Shown piece by piece: positions 63,049-64,000 of a DNA stretch of 64,000 nt (position 1 is its first letter; each line of letters starts with the position of its first letter). The notes under the pieces are model-generated. The model saw nothing but the letters and a program-made list of their open reading frames with translations. It was not told where the DNA came from and ran no database searches. The position numbers were made by a program, and so were the translations under genes. Location of the stretch: positions 6,202,001 to 6,266,000 of the forward strand of contig NC_086101.1 in assembly GCF_963921235.1 (NCBI RefSeq), written 5' to 3'. Source of the stretch: Mobula hypostoma (lineage: Eukaryota).

Positions 63049-64000
63049 GCAAGTTAATCTTTAGGGTGTTCTACACAAGGACTCCCATCTCAGATACAAG
63101 ACTTGCATCTCATATTCTTGGATTTTCTCCCCGTTTAGAAAATAGTCTGCACATTTATTTCTACTACCAAAATGTATGACCGTGCATTTCCCACCATTGT
63201 ATTTCATTTGCCACTCTCTTCCCCATTCTCCTAATCTGTCCAAGTCCTTCTGCAGCCTGTCCTCAACACTACCTGCCCCTCCACTGGTCTTGAAATAAGT
63301 AATGAACTCACCTGCTTACCTTGCCTCCGCCTGTTCTCACTGAAGCCCTGTCGAGCCAACGCCTTTCCACTCTGACTCAAGACTACTCCGATGACGACCG
63401 TTCCGGTGATGAACACTCTGCTGGGCGGGACCTCTCTTTTATAGAGACTGGGATTCTAAAGCTCTTCGCCGGACGGCTTCTGTTGTGTCTGCTCAATACT
63501 AACATCAAATAATATTCAGAACTGAAGTTCACGAAGGTACGTTCACAGCCACGAAGCCAGTCACAGCTCTTCCAGCAGCCTGTTACTGGCAGGCCACAGT
63601 CTCAATTCAGCATAATCACAAGTTCACCTTGCAGAGCACTGAGCTGAACAATGGCCCGTCCCTCACCTCTGGCCCGGACACATTGACCAGAAGACCATAA
63701 AATACAGGAGAAGAATTAGGCCATTTGGCCCATTGAGTCTGTTCCACCATTTCATCATGCACGATCCATTTTCCTCTCAGCTCCAATCTCTTCCCTTTAT
63801 GTGCTGACTAATCAAGAATCTATCAACCTCTGCCTTAAATATACATAAAGATTTTGCCTCCACAGCTGCCTGTGGCAACAAATTCCGAGATTAACCACTC
63901 ATTGCCTAAAGAAATTCCCCCTCGTCTCCATTCAAAATGGACGTCCCTCTATTCTGAGTCTGACTCCTCTTGTCTTTGACTGCCTCACCATCCACTCTAC

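Noticed and set aside
62384..63057. Cluster of overlapping short ORFs as a gene
   Set aside because: All fall inside the TSD-flanked solo LTR

Overview
Vertebrate genomic DNA, inferred to be a cartilaginous fish (ray/shark type) from its CR1, Rex1 and Penelope-like repeats and its TRIM gene structure. Most of the window is retroelement debris: CR1 (2-3 families, one young), Rex1/Babar-type, L1, an I/Nimb-type LINE with RNase H (two copies), a Hero/R2-type element with a restriction-like endonuclease, Penelope-like fragments carrying minimal hammerhead motifs, V-SINEs and solo LTRs. DNA transposons present are hAT Charlie/Buster, Tc1 and Harbinger. One host gene could be assembled by hand: a six-exon RING-Bbox-coiled-coil-PRY/SPRY (B30.2) TRIM gene on the minus strand (43015 to 31588, 1416 nt CDS, 471 aa, all GT-AG introns). 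Three more PRY/SPRY last-exon copies have no upstream exons in the window. One is intact, on the opposite strand, inside a ~13 kb inverted duplicate of the gene's 3' region. Two are damaged and lie in a direct duplication. Amino-acid differences between the copies cluster in short patches. All alignments were done by eye and no searches were run.
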